Assembly: GCA_051362555.1 (NCBI GenBank)
Contig: CM120644.1
Coordinates: forward strand, 9,494,954-9,558,953
Length of the DNA stretch: 64,000 nt
Direction of reading: 5' to 3'
Source of the DNA: Lingula anatina
Lineage: Eukaryota > Animalia > Brachiopoda
This document shows positions 63,755 through 64,000 of the stretch, piece by piece. The first letter of the stretch is position 1, and each line of letters opens with the position of its first letter. The notes below the pieces were generated by a model. That model was not told the origin of the DNA and made no database searches. It worked only from the letters and a program-made list of their open reading frames with translations. Both the position numbers and the translations under genes were made by a program.

Positions 63755-64000
63755 TTACCTTGTCATCTTTGTTTACCTCAATGATTTAAAAGCCGGAAAA
63801 GGAAGCCAAGGCGCTGCAATCTAGCTTAACAGGATTACTTTGTTTACGTCGACCTACATAGCTGACAAAAACAGATAAAAAATAGATAAAAGGAGCCCCG
63901 GCCTCAACTACAGTGGAATGTTTCTTATCATTTTTAGTGCAGATTAATTTTGTTTGGCTTTATTAATAAAAAAATATGTCATTGAGTTATAAAAATATCC

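Overview
AT-rich, intron-containing animal (invertebrate-type) genomic DNA. Left half: a tandem pair of 3-exon CYP2-clan cytochrome P450 genes on the minus strand. Intron 2 of the second gene holds a ~20 kb nested transposon stack: an EnSpm/CACTA-type element (13-bp TIR, AA TSD) containing a Kolobok-like element, two oppositely oriented ~746-bp elements at one ATCACG site forming a 1.5-kb palindrome, and an intact LINE at that same site. An almost perfect 8,936-bp tandem duplication (starting 3261 and 12197) breaks exactly at the end of the 747-bp element. Right half: a VOPP1/WBP1-like PPxY membrane-protein gene, a complete 19-exon white-type ABCG transporter (706 aa), two paralogous mucin-like membrane-protein genes, an Academ-like remnant and Harbinger-like MITEs. 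Top observations: (1) duplicated, probably mutually exclusive TM1-TM2 exons in white that swap Phe/Ala at the position matching the ABCG2 F439 substrate clamp; (2) the re-used ATCACG target; (3) an RNase H1 hybrid-binding domain on the LINE ORF1. All gene models and family calls were made by eye, without database searches.
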